Shown: positions 12,261 through 24,822 of the stretch, in pieces
Numbering within the stretch: position 1 is the stretch's first letter
Layout: the number at the start of each line of letters is the position of its first letter
Origin: Geosiphon pyriformis uo1
Taxonomy: Eukaryota > Fungi > Glomeromycota
Direction: 5' to 3'
DNA: 48,818 nt
Assembly: GCA_016748015.1 (NCBI GenBank)
Contig: JAAOMT010000611.1
Coordinates: forward strand, 1 to 48,818
Made by a program: the position numbers and the translations under genes
The notes under the pieces: generated by a model
What the model was told of the DNA's origin: nothing
The model's input: only the letters and a program-made list of their open reading frames with translations
Databases searched by the model: none

Positions 12261-14639
12261 TTGCTAACTTTGTCAAAAAAATCTTAATTCGCAATTTTAC
12301 TCCCTTTTCCAATTATGTAAGAACAAAATAAACGAGTAAATTTAATTTTATTTCTTTAAACTAAATACATTATTTTACTAAATGAATGATAATATATATA
12401 TGAAAATAAAAGATTTTTTGAATTTTTATTTAAAGAAAAAATCCATTTGTAATAAAAATTATTTATTTATTATTTTTGAAAATAATAAATGATTCTTTTA
12501 TGGTTAGTTTAGGGAAAAAAAAAAGTAAAAAAATTTTATATCTTTTTTTCACATTTAATAAGACTTTAACATTTTATTCAAATTATCATACTTTATATCT
12601 TAATAAATTTTCAAATAATTATTTGACATGAAATGAATAATTTAAAAAAATCTCTGAAAAATATATATCTGGAAATATAACAAAATCTAAATAAAAATAA
12701 GGTAATATTTTTAACTACAACCAAATTTTTTTTTCTTGCCATTTTTTAATCGTAATTAAAATTAAGAATTTTAATCAAACAAAATTCTTAAATCTTCTTA
12801 AAGTGGTCAAAAAAATGTTATTTTATTAAGGTTATTCCAGAATATTTTTGATTAAATCCCATAAATTTTATGGGCTCTTTTAAATCAATTATTTTTGTTA
12901 TTATTACTAAATTATTTCAATTTATAAGTAAAAAATTGTTCAATTTTAATAACTAGTTTCTGATTTTGCAAAAAGTCAAAAAAATTGGAAAGAACTTCTA
13001 CTTTTAATTCAGATTTATTTTTTGGTTTTTTAAGTTTAGGAATTAAATATAAAACATATTGAACACAAAGATTATAATTGTTACAATATTTGAAATAATA
13101 AAAAAAGAAACAATAATCACATAACTTAGTATGAAGACTTTTTAACTATTTCTTTAATTAAAACAAGTGCTTAATAATAATTTTGGAATTTTTGGAAGTT
13201 TTTAATATATAAAATAAAGTTTGTTTATTAGTGTATTTGGATATTTGCTTAATTTCCAAAATTTTGTTAAGTGTTGTTTTATAAACTTTAGTTAAAACAG
13301 TTTGCTATAGCTTTTTTTTATTATAGAAATAATGCTTAAGTTTAAATAAGATTTAATTATAGACAGTAATTAAAAAATATTTTTTAGTATTCAATTATAG
13401 TATACTAATAAATAATATTATATTTTGCTCTTTTTTCTAAAATATCAATTTATTTGCACTTATTTAGTAAAGTTTTTTATATGTAAAACATGATGTTTCA
13501 TCTTATTTTTATAAAATTTGGAATAATCAAATATTTTTTTTAAAATAAACATTACAATAAAAACAAGTAATTAAATTTTATTTTTTGTTTGATTTACAAC
13601 AAGTTTTTATTAATAAGAATTGTTTATTATATTTTTTGCAGATTAATTAGAATTACCAATATGAATAATTTTATTAACAAAAAAATATTTATTATTTAAA
13701 AAGCTGTTTCTTTTTTTTTCTTATTAAATTGATAAAAATAGTAATTCAGTTTTAAAATTATTGGTTTAAGAAATATTATATGTTTTAAGAATTGGTTGTT
13801 TAAATAAATCTTTAAATTTGATTATAAAAACTTTAATAAGGATAATAATTTTGTTTATTTTAAAAAAAAATTGTTAATTTTTTTAATCAATGTTTTTATT
13901 GTTTTATTAACAGTAATAATTTAAACATTAACAACTTAATTAACTTAACAAGCTAATTTAAACATAACTACTAGTTTTTTTAAAAAAAATATAGTATTAT
14001 AAAAATTCTATATTTTTTAAAAAGTTAATTATTTGAATAATTAGAATTTTTAAAATAATTAAAATAAAAATTAATTGTTGGTTTCTAATTATTAATTTTC
14101 AATTTTGATTATAGTTAATAGCTTATGGTTTAAAATTTTTAATTGCAATTTATTGTAGTATTTAATATTAAAGTTGTAAATAAATTAAAGATGTTTAATA
14201 ATAGTATTAGTGAAAATTATTAAAGTAATTGATATTATTGAAATAAAAACTAATACATTAAAAATAAATAAAATTGGTTGTATCTGTTTTTTTTGGTTCT
14301 AGTAAATTAATTGTATGTTAAATGTATTTATTATTATCAGACAAAAGTTAAGTTATTAATTAACGTAAAATTATTTTTATAATTCTTATTATTAAATAAT
14401 ATATATAATATTATTTTCATTTTTATTACTTATTATTTAACCAAATTATTAAATATTAATATTCAATTAATAATCTGATTTGTATAATGCATAATTAAAC
14501 ACAATAATCAGATTATACAATACTCAAAACTATATTACATTCAAGAACTCTTAGATTCTTTTGAAAAGATTAATGATTGAGATTTTTATAAAACTAATTT
14601 TGCATATTATATATTCAAATTGCTTTCTTAATTAAAAAT

Positions 14640-14960
14640 TTTCTTAATTATTTTTATCACTATACAATACTTGTTTTTATTATTATTTATGAGTCTGTTA
14701 TTCTGACCCATAACAATATATTGCGATTTTTATTTTTACATATATATTTCAATATTAAAACTACTGTAATTAACTTGAATAGCATTGATAATATAACACT
14801 ATTTATACCAATCATTATTCTACTGTTAATGTTGTTAAAATAGCTTTAATGTCTTTTAAGACCTGGTTTGATTATAGATTTTTTACTGAGTCATCTGTAA
14901 AAATAGAGATACTTTCAAGCTCACCAAATTCAATCGACTCTGTAATTTCTCAATTTTTGA
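14640..14960 (-). mobile_element. Degenerate RNase H domain remnant, probably from a non-LTR (LINE-type) retrotransposon
   Basis: Minus-strand translation gives ISIFTDDSVKNL (cf. IYTDGS). After a frameshift it reads LSMLFKLITVVLIL (cf. SSTxAELxAIxLAL) and RITDS* (cf. TDSQ). It lies within AT-saturated DNA at ~12.3-15.2 kb. Confidence 0.45.
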
Positions 14961-15469
14961 TGCAAAGTTTTTGTTTGTTTCACCTGATTCTGTTGTTATA
15001 TTATGGTCATAAGAATAGCTGTACTGGTTGGCCTAATTAAATGATTAACACACATTCAAAAGTGTCTTTTTCATAAATAATTTCTGGCATGAATTAAATT
15101 TTTGATAATGAAGTTTCTTTTTTTAATAGCTTTTAAAATTAATCATACCATTATTATTTTACTTGGAGATAATAATTCGGATGGTTATCATTATTTAGTA
15201 ATTGAAAATGATTTTTGATTCATAAGCACATCTTATTTGGGAAGGGTTAAAATAATTTACAATTATATGAAATTTATCCATTCAAAGTAAAACGTGTTGG
15301 TTATTTAAGCGATTAATTTAATTTATATCCAAAGAAGTTTTGGGAAATCTCATCTTTGTTTCTTTCTAATGTAAGATTTTTCGGTCAAAAAAATTATATT
15401 TTGGTTGCTTTCATAATTTTTATTTTCAAGTTTAATATTTAAAACCTAATTTCTTCCTAATTATCCTGA

Positions 15470-18390
15470 GCAATATTTTTGAAGATTTTTGTCAACGACT
15501 TTAAGAGGATACCCAATACATGAAAATCTTACCACACATTTCACTCCATTTAACAAATCTGTGAACAATTAATGTGTATGGATGAAATTGTTTTCAATAT
15601 GTACAGTAATTCTAAAAAATATGAAATTAAAAAATGATGCAAACAGGCAATTGCTTTCTATCAAAATTTTTTGCATGAGCACAATATTTAGTAAAATGAA
15701 CTTGAAGCATTGCTTTTATATAAAATCTTCTGCTTAATGAGGAGTTTTTAACTTTTGTTTTGATGTTTGCTAAAAATTAATTACAATAAATAATTTCAGA
15801 AAATAAAAAGTTATTAAATTACTGGGTAATGTGATTAATTTAGAAGTGTAGTTGCTAAAATTTTGTGGCATTTTTTTGGCTGCTTGAATACTCTGTTTTC
15901 AAATATCTATTTTCATTTTGTATCTGCTGCTAAAACTAGAAATATAATCGTCAAAGTAATTTATTTATTTATTTATACCTGACCAACTAATTAAAATTAA
16001 GTATATTTCTATTTTGAGTAAAGGTGGTGGTAGTGGTGGTGGTGGTGGGAGGAGGAGAATCATTACAAAATATTGCACAGCGTTTTTGAATTTAAATTAC
16101 TTTTCACCTTATTAGTTAAACTTTAGATTTTTTGAAAGAGCAAGATCAGATTCTCAAAGTGTAAAACCTTCTCTATGAATAATTTGGTTTTTATATAAGC
16201 ATTGAATACTCATTGCTAATTCTTGTGCCACATAAAGCTTTTATATTTTTGAAACGCCTATAATAAATGATTACGCAAAGAATCTTCAAAATTTAAGATC
16301 TAACCTATATTTTGATATATAGAAAAAATGGATAACTAATAATAGATTATTTTCCTAAAAAATGTCAAAGAGACCTATTGCACGAGCAAGAGGTGCTTCC
16401 AATAGACAAGTAAGAGGTACTACACCTCGACGGAGTGTTACACCTCAAAGAAGTTATCATTTGCAAACACAACTAACTGGCTGTAAAGTAGAAATATTAG
16501 TAGCATTATTCTATGAAGGAACCAATCATTGTCATTTCTGAAAAATTAGCTTGACATAGGCTCCTCATCGGCTTCTTCCCCAATCCGCATTGGGCAGTAA
16601 AAATCACATTTGGTAAAGGAGATGTAGATGATTTAATAAGCGCGATCAAGAAGCCACTGCTAGAAATGTTGAAAGATGCTGATGTTACACTCTGCAAACA
16701 TGGTGAAGATACTGACTTACAACCAGGTCTTCCTGTGGACAATTGCTTTAGAAATTCTAGCACAATACCGCTACATGTCATAGTAATGTAAGAGGAGGAA
16801 AAGGTAATTACTAAGCAAATAACATAAAGCATCTGGTAATTTTGCAATGGTTGTGTTAAAGAAAACGTTTGGCATACTGTTAGCAACTTTGACTAACTTG
16901 TATTATTTCATTAATAGGAGCGGATGAAAATGATAAGCAGTTTAATCTTCATGCTAAATCAGATGAATATTGGGTTGATAATTGTTGATAATATTTATGT
17001 CTATCTGTTAACAAACTCTAAAATTTAGCAACAGGTTTGATGGAGAGTATAAAGAAGATAGAGCAGAACTTGGATGAGCAAATCAAGTGCCTAAATGTCA
17101 CTTCGATGATAGTCAGACGATCAGCTTATTTTATATGAACACCGAGAAAAGGCTGAAGCTTTGCGTCCATTACAATGTGCAGCAACAAATTATTTGGATA
17201 ACCTTGGGCGACTTCCAAATGGTTGGCGACAGTCCTTCTCAATTTATGTGGGGGGAGGGTGACGAAAACAGCCATTCAAAACAATACACCAACTATATAA
17301 GGGATACTTTCCTTGGATCAGATTATCTCACCGGATATCAGGTGGTGAACGTTCATGCCAACACTGAGTTCTGGAATATGGGAGTCACTCGTGGTACAAC
17401 TGATGTAGTGGTGTACCAACTGATAACACTTTGTATTTTAGGATGTGGTAACTTTACTCTTTGAACTGAAAAAGATAAATTTTAGTGAGATCAAAGACTC
17501 TTCCAATTCATCTAGTATTCACCAATATAATATTGTTTATTTTAGAATTTTACAGAAACCGATGTAGATCAGGCTATTGGCAAATTGATCGCCACGAATG
17601 AAATCTCAAGCAAGAGACCAGTAGTTATGCTTACAGACTTCCACACAACTTACATAATCTTCTTTTAGATTGCCCTCTCTAAGGATCAATACCTCTCTCA
17701 TACGAGTCCCATCATCTACGGTATCAATTTTAACAACATCCATCAAGCTTCAACATTTGCACGCACTTTGCTGGTTTCCAGTGAAGTTTTATCGGAACAG
17801 TCTGAGCAAATCCAAACTCGGTTACCTCTCTTCGAAAAAAGGGCTATTATTAAAAGTTCAAAATATTAAGAAGTTGTAGATAATGATATAGCCAATCTTG
17901 ACGATTTTGTAGTCGAAATGGAACCAGAGGAGCGTGCTTCATATTAGATCAGGAAAAAGCTGAGGAGATTACTACTGTTTGTACCTCTGATGCATCACGA
18001 ATGGTACTCTACCATAGTCTTGCCGGAGTGATGTTTTTTAAAAGGCTTGTAATACAGATACTTATACCCAATGTTGAATCTCATGTGATTTTTTTGGTTA
18101 TACTAAGGCGGTTGCGTAATGTCAATATCTGATCGTGATAAAATAGCTCACAATTGTATAAAATAAATTTTTGAAAGTGGCGTCTTCATGAGATAGAATA
18201 ATTCATTCGAGCTTCTCGATCTAAATTAAAAATATACATAATGATAAATAATAGTATCGAAATGGAGGTTTGGTTACCTAGAGTAGGTTCAGATAATTTT
18301 GAATATATCACAAACAATAAAGTAAGATATTAAAACCAAATACTTGCAAAAAGAGTAGTCATGTATGGATAGATTAAACATTCATGGCAT
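15470..18390 (+). repeat. Inverted duplication, copy A (partner ~43875-46715)
   Basis: Collinear reverse-complement similarity along the whole length, e.g. 16082-16169 vs 46126-46213 and 18094-18155 vs 44160-44221. Confidence 0.92.
16362..18031 (+). pseudogene. Crinkler (CRN)-like effector pseudogene: ubiquitin-like header plus restriction-endonuclease-fold C-terminal domain
   Basis: The header reads DVDDLISAIKK...LQPGLPVDNCFRNSSTIPLHVIV (HVLV-type end). The C-terminal part reads FMWGEGDE...GTTDVVV...FELKK...DQAIGKLIA...PVVMLTDF, a PD-(D/E)xK-like layout, with tail DNDIANLDDF. Frameshifts and in-frame stops are present. Confidence 0.7.
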
Positions 18391-18975
18391 CCTTTCATTA
18401 GAGAATTTTGAGTGAAAGTATTCCCGAATTCTGACCATGGTAGATTGTGCAAAATCATTTTCATTGAAAAAAAAAAAAAAATCTTCGAATCAATAAAAAT
18501 TTATTAAAATATATTCAAAGATAATTTTCACTTATTCAATTACTCAAAAAGTGTTAAATTTATTATTATAAACTTATTTTTATTTATTTGTTATTTCTGA
18601 ATCAAAAAATAAATTAATTCTTAACCAAATAACATTTAAAATTTTAAATTAGAATTAAATCGACTTGAACTCAAATTTAAGACATTATTAAAATATACTT
18701 TTAATATTTAATGTTGATTCAAACTAATATAAGAAAAATTATTTATTATTTTTTGATTTATGATTTAAAAAACAGATACTTGATTAGTTATCAAAATTTT
18801 TAAATATGAAAACCATAAAAATTTACAAAAAAAAACTGCATCCAATATATATATATTTTTTGACCTTTAATAACTATCTGGGATCACCAGTTACTTGGTC
18901 AATTTACTGAGCGTTTAAAACAAATATTATAAATGTTATTATATCTTTTGTTCAATCAGACTATGAAATGATGCC

Positions 18976-19629
18976 TCATTCTATTTTCTTTTCCTTCTCA
19001 TTCTTTTTCTCATCTTCATCACGATTCCTCAAGATTTCGAAAACACAAGGACCACCAATTAGAAATGTACAACTACACCAAGTCACCCATGTCCAGCCAT
19101 TACTTTCTTCACGTTTCCACAAAACCCAGGCTACGACCAAAGTTTCAATTGAATGAAAGGTAAAAAGTATTAATAAAGATATATTCATCATTGTTTCGCC
19201 AATTATTTCACGAATATTTTCAATCCATCTGGGTGCAGGATATGGATGATAGATTACGGTGAATTGAAATGTGATTAGCAAAAGGACTAGTAGGGTTAAT
19301 GGGATGTTTGGTGTATTGAATTTGGTATATTGCTCTTTTAATGGAGTTCGAGTGTTTGACGATGAAATTGATTGAAAATCTGGGCTTAAATGTGAAAGTT
19401 TAACGTTCCGCTAATTGGTAAAGAGGATTTTTGAAAGGGAAAATTAAATGTGGAATTTTTGAACTCTTTTCGAAAGGTTTACAGATCACTAAATTTCCAA
19501 ATTCAATTATAAAATAACAGCAGTTACCTCAACCACTTTTGTCCATTCTTGATCATCAACATTTTTAGATGAAAAAAAGATTTTTTCATTTTTGGCCGGA
19601 GATGAGCTATGAGATTTCTGGTTAGACAT
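18976..19629 (-). CDS. Small multi-pass membrane protein (~178 aa), TMEM254/DUF4499-like; exons 19629-19528, 19410-18976
   Basis: GAG|GTAACT donor and AATTAG|CGG acceptor, both phase 0. Hydrophobic segments carry H-x-x-E (FHSIETL) and W-x-x-W...TFLIGG motifs, followed by a charged tail. Confidence 0.65.
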
Positions 19630-19759
19630 GGAAAAGATGTGACCAAAACACCAACTGGTTTCAGGGACAAAAAAATGGAAATTAATTAGATGACTATTAT
19701 ATCTCAACTAATAGGTACCATGTCCTTCTATAATTAGTTCACAATAATCCCGCTAACCT

Positions 19760-20057
19760 GATTAGGGTAGATCGAGGAAGGCGATAGATTATGGTGAGAG
19801 GGACATTTTTTCGAGCTTTTATTTCTTTTGCACTTTGTATACCCTCCTTCCACAAATATAACACGGCTTTGGCGTTACATTTCTGTCTTGCAAAACCAAC
19901 ATTTCAAAGTAAGGTTATATATAATATAATTATGCTCTAAAGAATTATCAAACACTTAGCCACTTACCTTGTGTTCCAATTCTATGTTACAATATGTTTT
20001 AGAATGCAAATCGGCCCCGAATTGGTTAGATTGTAAATTTTTTTGTTCCAGACTGTA
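19760..20057 (-). mobile_element. Truncated Tc1/mariner-like DNA transposon 5' end
   Basis: The minus strand begins TA|CAGTCTGGAACAAAAAAATTTAC, a Tc1-type terminus after TA. It is followed by a frameshifted HTH-like N-terminus, KAVLYLWKEGIQSAKEIKARKNVPLTIIYRL. No second terminal inverted repeat was seen. Confidence 0.5.
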
Positions 20058-20900
20058 ACCGGCGAGCTTAATCTAAGTGTTTATGACAGTCACTGAAATC
20101 AATTTAAATTGATAATAAGAAAATTAATCTGTAATTTGATATAACTAAATTTCTTTGTTTAGAACTTTAAAAATCTAGAAATAACCTACAATAGGAAGTT
20201 TGTAGTTTTAAAGTTTTACTAGAAGCCTTGAATAGCTTCAGACATTACCATTTTATCATTCTCCAACCTATACCTTACATAAAGATAGCACTGTTTCACT
20301 TTTTTTCATTTTTAAATACTCTCTATTATTTCAAATTTTTCATTAATTGTTTAACATGGGAATAAAACAAAAGCACAACAGTTTGCATGAATAATAATGG
20401 AAATTTCTTTTTATAATTACTTGTTTTTTATTTAAAAAAAAAAATTAAAAAAATTAACTTTATAAATATTTTCTTAACAAAGAAAAAAAAGTGTTTTTTA
20501 TGAACATTATGAAAAAACTTTGAAATATTTAAAAATTTATTAAAAACATATTAAAAGTCGAGTCATTGTTATGTTTCGTTGTTAAACATGTTCAAAAAAT
20601 ATGTCATTTTTATAGTATTCAAGAATTTATATAAAAAAATAAATTTGTTAAATTTTTAAATTAAATATATATCTAAATTTTTTGGATTTCTTTTTACAAT
20701 TACCAAATTAAAAGTATATATATTACATATTTAAAATTATTATGATTAACTTTAAATTTTTTTTGTATTTCTTTATTTTATATATATATATATATATATG
20801 AATAGATATTTTTGTTTTATTATATTCCAATAGATCATATTTAAAGTATTAATTAAAAATAATTAATGATAAAATTTTAAAGTTCATTCTTTGAAAACTA

Positions 20901-20901
<1 letters not shown>

Positions 20902-20942
<41 letters not shown>
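20902..20942. repeat. (AAT)n microsatellite
   Basis: Tandem AAT. Confidence 0.9.
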
Positions 20943-20943
<1 letters not shown>

Positions 20944-21512
20944 TTACAATTATTAAATTCTGGAACTATTTGGCAGATAAAAGATTTATTTAGTAGTTTT
21001 GCAAAAACCTTTTTGTTCAAATATTATTCATACCAGTTTGAAGGATGTCAAAGAATGCAGAATCATCTTTTGTAAAAGGAAGAAAAAAAGATTAATAAGA
21101 GAAAAAAGTAAATTCACAATTCATTCAGCAGTTCAGGTTCAATCAGTCAAACTAGAGTATCATTTTTGACATATTTCCAACGAAAAAAATATTTATTAAA
21201 TAAAAGTCTTTGATAATTATTTAAAAATTTGATCGAGAATGAAACTGCTGAAAAGTTAAAATACATTGGATAATGTGAAAATTTGTAAAAATTCTCACCC
21301 GAATAAATTCAAAGCTCTTTTTCAACAAAAGAAAAATTTTAAATTCTCTTCCGTGTTTCCTATATCCAAACGTTGATTGAGACACCAATCCCAAAGACAA
21401 AAAGTTTTCAAAATTCACATCCACGCATCCAGAATCAAAAGTCTAGAAAGCATTAGAAAGGATGATCAAAATTATAATCTTTTTTCACCTATCCATACAT
21501 GCATAGATATTC

Positions 21513-22168
21513 TTAATCATTCAGGAGATAGCGAGTGGTGAGTTGGTAAACGGCAAATAGAAAGATGAAAATGATCAGTATTGCTGCGATCGGATTTGGA
21601 CCGGTGAATGGGTTTTGGATTGAATTTTTTGATGAAGGTGATCGAGTTGCGGTTGAAAAATCTGATGGTGGTCTAGTACTTGGCTATGTAATAATTTATG
21701 AATAAAAAGTTTTTTCTTTAGATTGACTGACTGACTGACTGACTTGAATCATAACTTGATTATCATATTAAATGTAGAAATTAATTGAAGAGTTTTCTAT
21801 ATATCTTCAATAATTACAAATCCGTACAAAAAATTTATATTAAAAATAATCACCAATCCTAATGCTTCTTCAGCTTCTTTGGACATATCTTCCAAAACTG
21901 GCCTTACTTCTTCATACCCTTTTAATCTTTGCTTAAACTTAATTTCAATCTCTTCCTCTGTTTCATCTTCGTTTTTAACCATAACAATAAATCCATTGGA
22001 GTCTATACCTGTCATTCGAGCACTAATTGCCATTTTAGCTTCACCAAAGTATTTTGCGTAGGCCAATAGAGTAAAAGGATGTGTATTCATATAAGTTATG
22101 AGACGGGCCGAATGTGATGAAAGTGGATCTGTGATGACATTGGAATTTTTAGATTTTTGACGATGCAT
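21513..22168 (-). CDS. DUF2470-domain protein with prematurely truncated C-terminal membrane region; exons 22168-21854, 21683-21513
   Basis: RLITYMNTH...LLAYAKYFG...SARMTGIDSNGF...IEIKF...EVRPVLEDMSKEA matches the DUF2470 pattern. A phase-0 intron, TTG|GTGATT...CATAG|CCA, leads to exon 2, which has one transmembrane segment and then TAA. Confidence 0.75.
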
Positions 22169-22204
22169 CTTTGCCAAGTGAGAAGCAAAAAGAATAGATT
22201 GGTA

Positions 22205-22249
<45 letters not shown>

Positions 22250-22308
22250 GTGGTTGTGGTGGTTGTGGTGGTAGTTGTGGTGGTGGTTGTGGTGGTGGTG
22301 GTGGTGGT
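22205..22308. repeat. Compound (GAT)n(GGT/TGT)n microsatellite upstream of the DUF2470 ATG
   Basis: Visible triplet array; it reads as poly-His on the minus strand. Confidence 0.9.
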
Positions 22309-23127
22309 AAAGAATCTCGAGCAATTTTTTTTTTTTTTTAAATTTAATAATCTCTAATTGTAATACCACCTGTTTGTCCACCAACCGAATTCAAGAACGT
22401 TTTTTGTAATACCTAATACTTTGTTAGATCATTCCGTATATATGTTGGATATCAATTTCTCCATTTGGAAGTTCCGGGATGTATATCGTATGAAAAAGTG
22501 CTAAACTTGATGACTAATCAGAAAAGTTCACAATCTCAGCTTTTATCTTTTTTGGTTTTTCGGATCATTCATTTGGTCCTTAACCCATTAATTTATCTAA
22601 AATCCAGAAGTTTTTTTAGGAAAGATTATACAGATTTTTTGAAGATTAAAAAATACAAAAAATGCATAATTGATTTAATTTCAAAATTTAGCATAAACTT
22701 TTAGTGAAAATATCAGAATAGAATAGTGGAAAAAGATTTATTGAAAGAGTTTGTTATTAAGAATAATTTGATAAATTTATTAAATAAATATTTAAATTCA
22801 AAATAAATTTAATTTTTAATCCATATTTTTTAATAATATTTTATTATAAATTAATTTTTAATTCATTTTCAGTAATGTCATTCACCACCAAAATTTATTT
22901 TATTCTTTTATTTTCGATTAATTTGTTTTCCATTAATTATTATTTTTTTTTGGTCTTTCATATTTTCGAAAGAAAAGATTTAAGGTATTAAAAAAAAATA
23001 TTTTGAAATTGGTAAAAAGTAATTCAAAGTGTGAACTGAACTATCTTCTCAATGGAAACAATTTTGAACAGCTAATAATTTTAATATAAAATCTATATTA
23101 CACGATAACAGACATTCGGTAAATGTT

Positions 23128-23128
23128 C

Positions 23129-23165
<37 letters not shown>
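23128..23165. repeat. (GAT)n microsatellite
   Basis: Tandem GAT. Confidence 0.9.
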
Positions 23166-23369
23166 GCATGGTACCAAGTACCAATAAAAAGATTTGGCTA
23201 ATTTTATTGGTTAAAAAAACTGAGAAACCGGTTTCTTCATGTATGTATATATTTTATGTAAGTATTGATTTTAACTTTTAAAAACAGTTATCCTTTGTGA
23301 AACTTTAAATATATTTAAATAATGATTGGGGGGGGGGGGTCAACTTTAATTTCGGAAAAAAAAAAAAAT

Positions 23370-24053
23370 ATGAACAAGTCCACATTATCTTCATCATTAA
23401 AACGAAAAGAGAATAATTTTTTTTCGAATACATATAATCGATTACCATCTGCAAAATATGATCTTCCACATGATGATGAAGAAATAGATAGGAATAATTT
23501 TCATCATTATATGATTAGAGCTAAAACTGGAACACTTTTTGAGGCCCCTATTCATGAAAAATTGCGAGAAGGATGTATAATTTTAGATGTTGGGTAAGAA
23601 ATATTTTTGAAATATTTTTTGAAAAAATATTAATATATTTTAATCCAATCTTTTCTGGGAGGAAACTAAAACTATTTTTATCAAAAAACTTAATAATAAT
23701 ATTTACATACATTATTAGTTGTGGTCCTGGCACTTGGATACTAGAAATGGCAGCAGAATATCCGAACTCTAGCTTTGTCGGTTTCGATATCGCGAAAATT
23801 TATCCACAACAAATAAAACCAAAAAATGTTCAATTTTATCAGGCAAATGTTTTAGAAGGTATAAAATTTCCAGAAGAACATTTCGACTACGTGCACATGC
23901 GATTTCTCATTCTAGGAATTCCACAACGTTCTTGGCCATCAGTCATTGACGAATTAATACGAGTAACAAAACCTGGTGGTTGGATTGAATTAGCTGAACC
24001 AGAATTATTATCTACCGTTTTGACCCCAAACTATCGTAGATATTTAACAGCTA
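23370..24053 (+). CDS. Class I SAM-dependent methyltransferase, LaeA/TAM-like; exons 23370-23593, 23719-24053; 3' end lost in gap
   Basis: Motifs include YDLPHDDEEIDR...HY, motif I LDVG|CGPGTW (spliced GG|GTAAG...TAG|T), FVGFDI, FDYVHMRFL and ELIRVTKPGGWIELAE. Donor A|GTAAGT at 24054 is followed by poly-T and the N-gap. Confidence 0.9.
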
Positions 24054-24108
24054 GTAAGTAAAAAAAAAATAAAAAATTTTTTTTTATTCATTTATTTTTA
24101 TGAGTACA

Positions 24109-24150
<42 letters not shown>

Positions 24151-24822
24151 NNNNNNNNNNNNNNNNNNNNNNNNNNNNNNNNNNNNNNNNNNNNNNNNNN
24201 NNNNNNNNNNNNNNNNNNNNNNNNNNNNNNNNNNNNNNNNNNNNNNNNNNNNNNNNNNNNNNNNNNNNNNNNNNNNNNNNNNNNNNNNNNNNNNNNNNNN
24301 NNNNNNNNNNNNNNNNNNNNNNNNNNNNNNNNNNNNNNNNNNNNNNNNNNNNNNNNNNNNNNNNNNNNNNNNNNNNNNNNNNNNNNNNNNNNNNNNNNNN
24401 NNNNNNNNNNNNNNNNNNNNNNNNNNNNNNNNNNNNNNNNNNNNNNNNNNNNNNNNNNNNNNNNNNNNNNNNNNNNNNNNNNNNNNNNNNNNNNNNNNNN
24501 NNNNNNNNNNNNNNNNNNNNNNNNNNNNNNNNNNNNNNNNNNNNNNNNNNNNNNNNNNNNNNNNNNNNNNNNNNNNNNNNNNNNNNNNNNNNNNNNNNNN
24601 NNNNNNNNNNNNNNNNNNNNNNNNNNNNNNNNNNNNNNNNNNNNNNNNNNNNNNNNNNNNNNNNNNNNNNNNNNNNNNNNNNNNNNNNNNNNNNNNNNNN
24701 NNNNNNNNNNNNNNNNNNNNNNNNNNNNNNNNNNNNNNNNNNNNNNNNNNNNNNNNNNNNNNNNNNNNNNNNNNNNNNNNNNNNNNNNNNNNNNNNNNNN
24801 NNNNNNNNNNNNNNNNNNNNNN
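24151..24822. other. Assembly gap (N run)
   Basis: Run of N. Confidence 1.

Noticed and set aside
16506-16886. 126 aa minus-strand ORF
   Set aside because: Antisense to the CRN header remnant on the plus strand.
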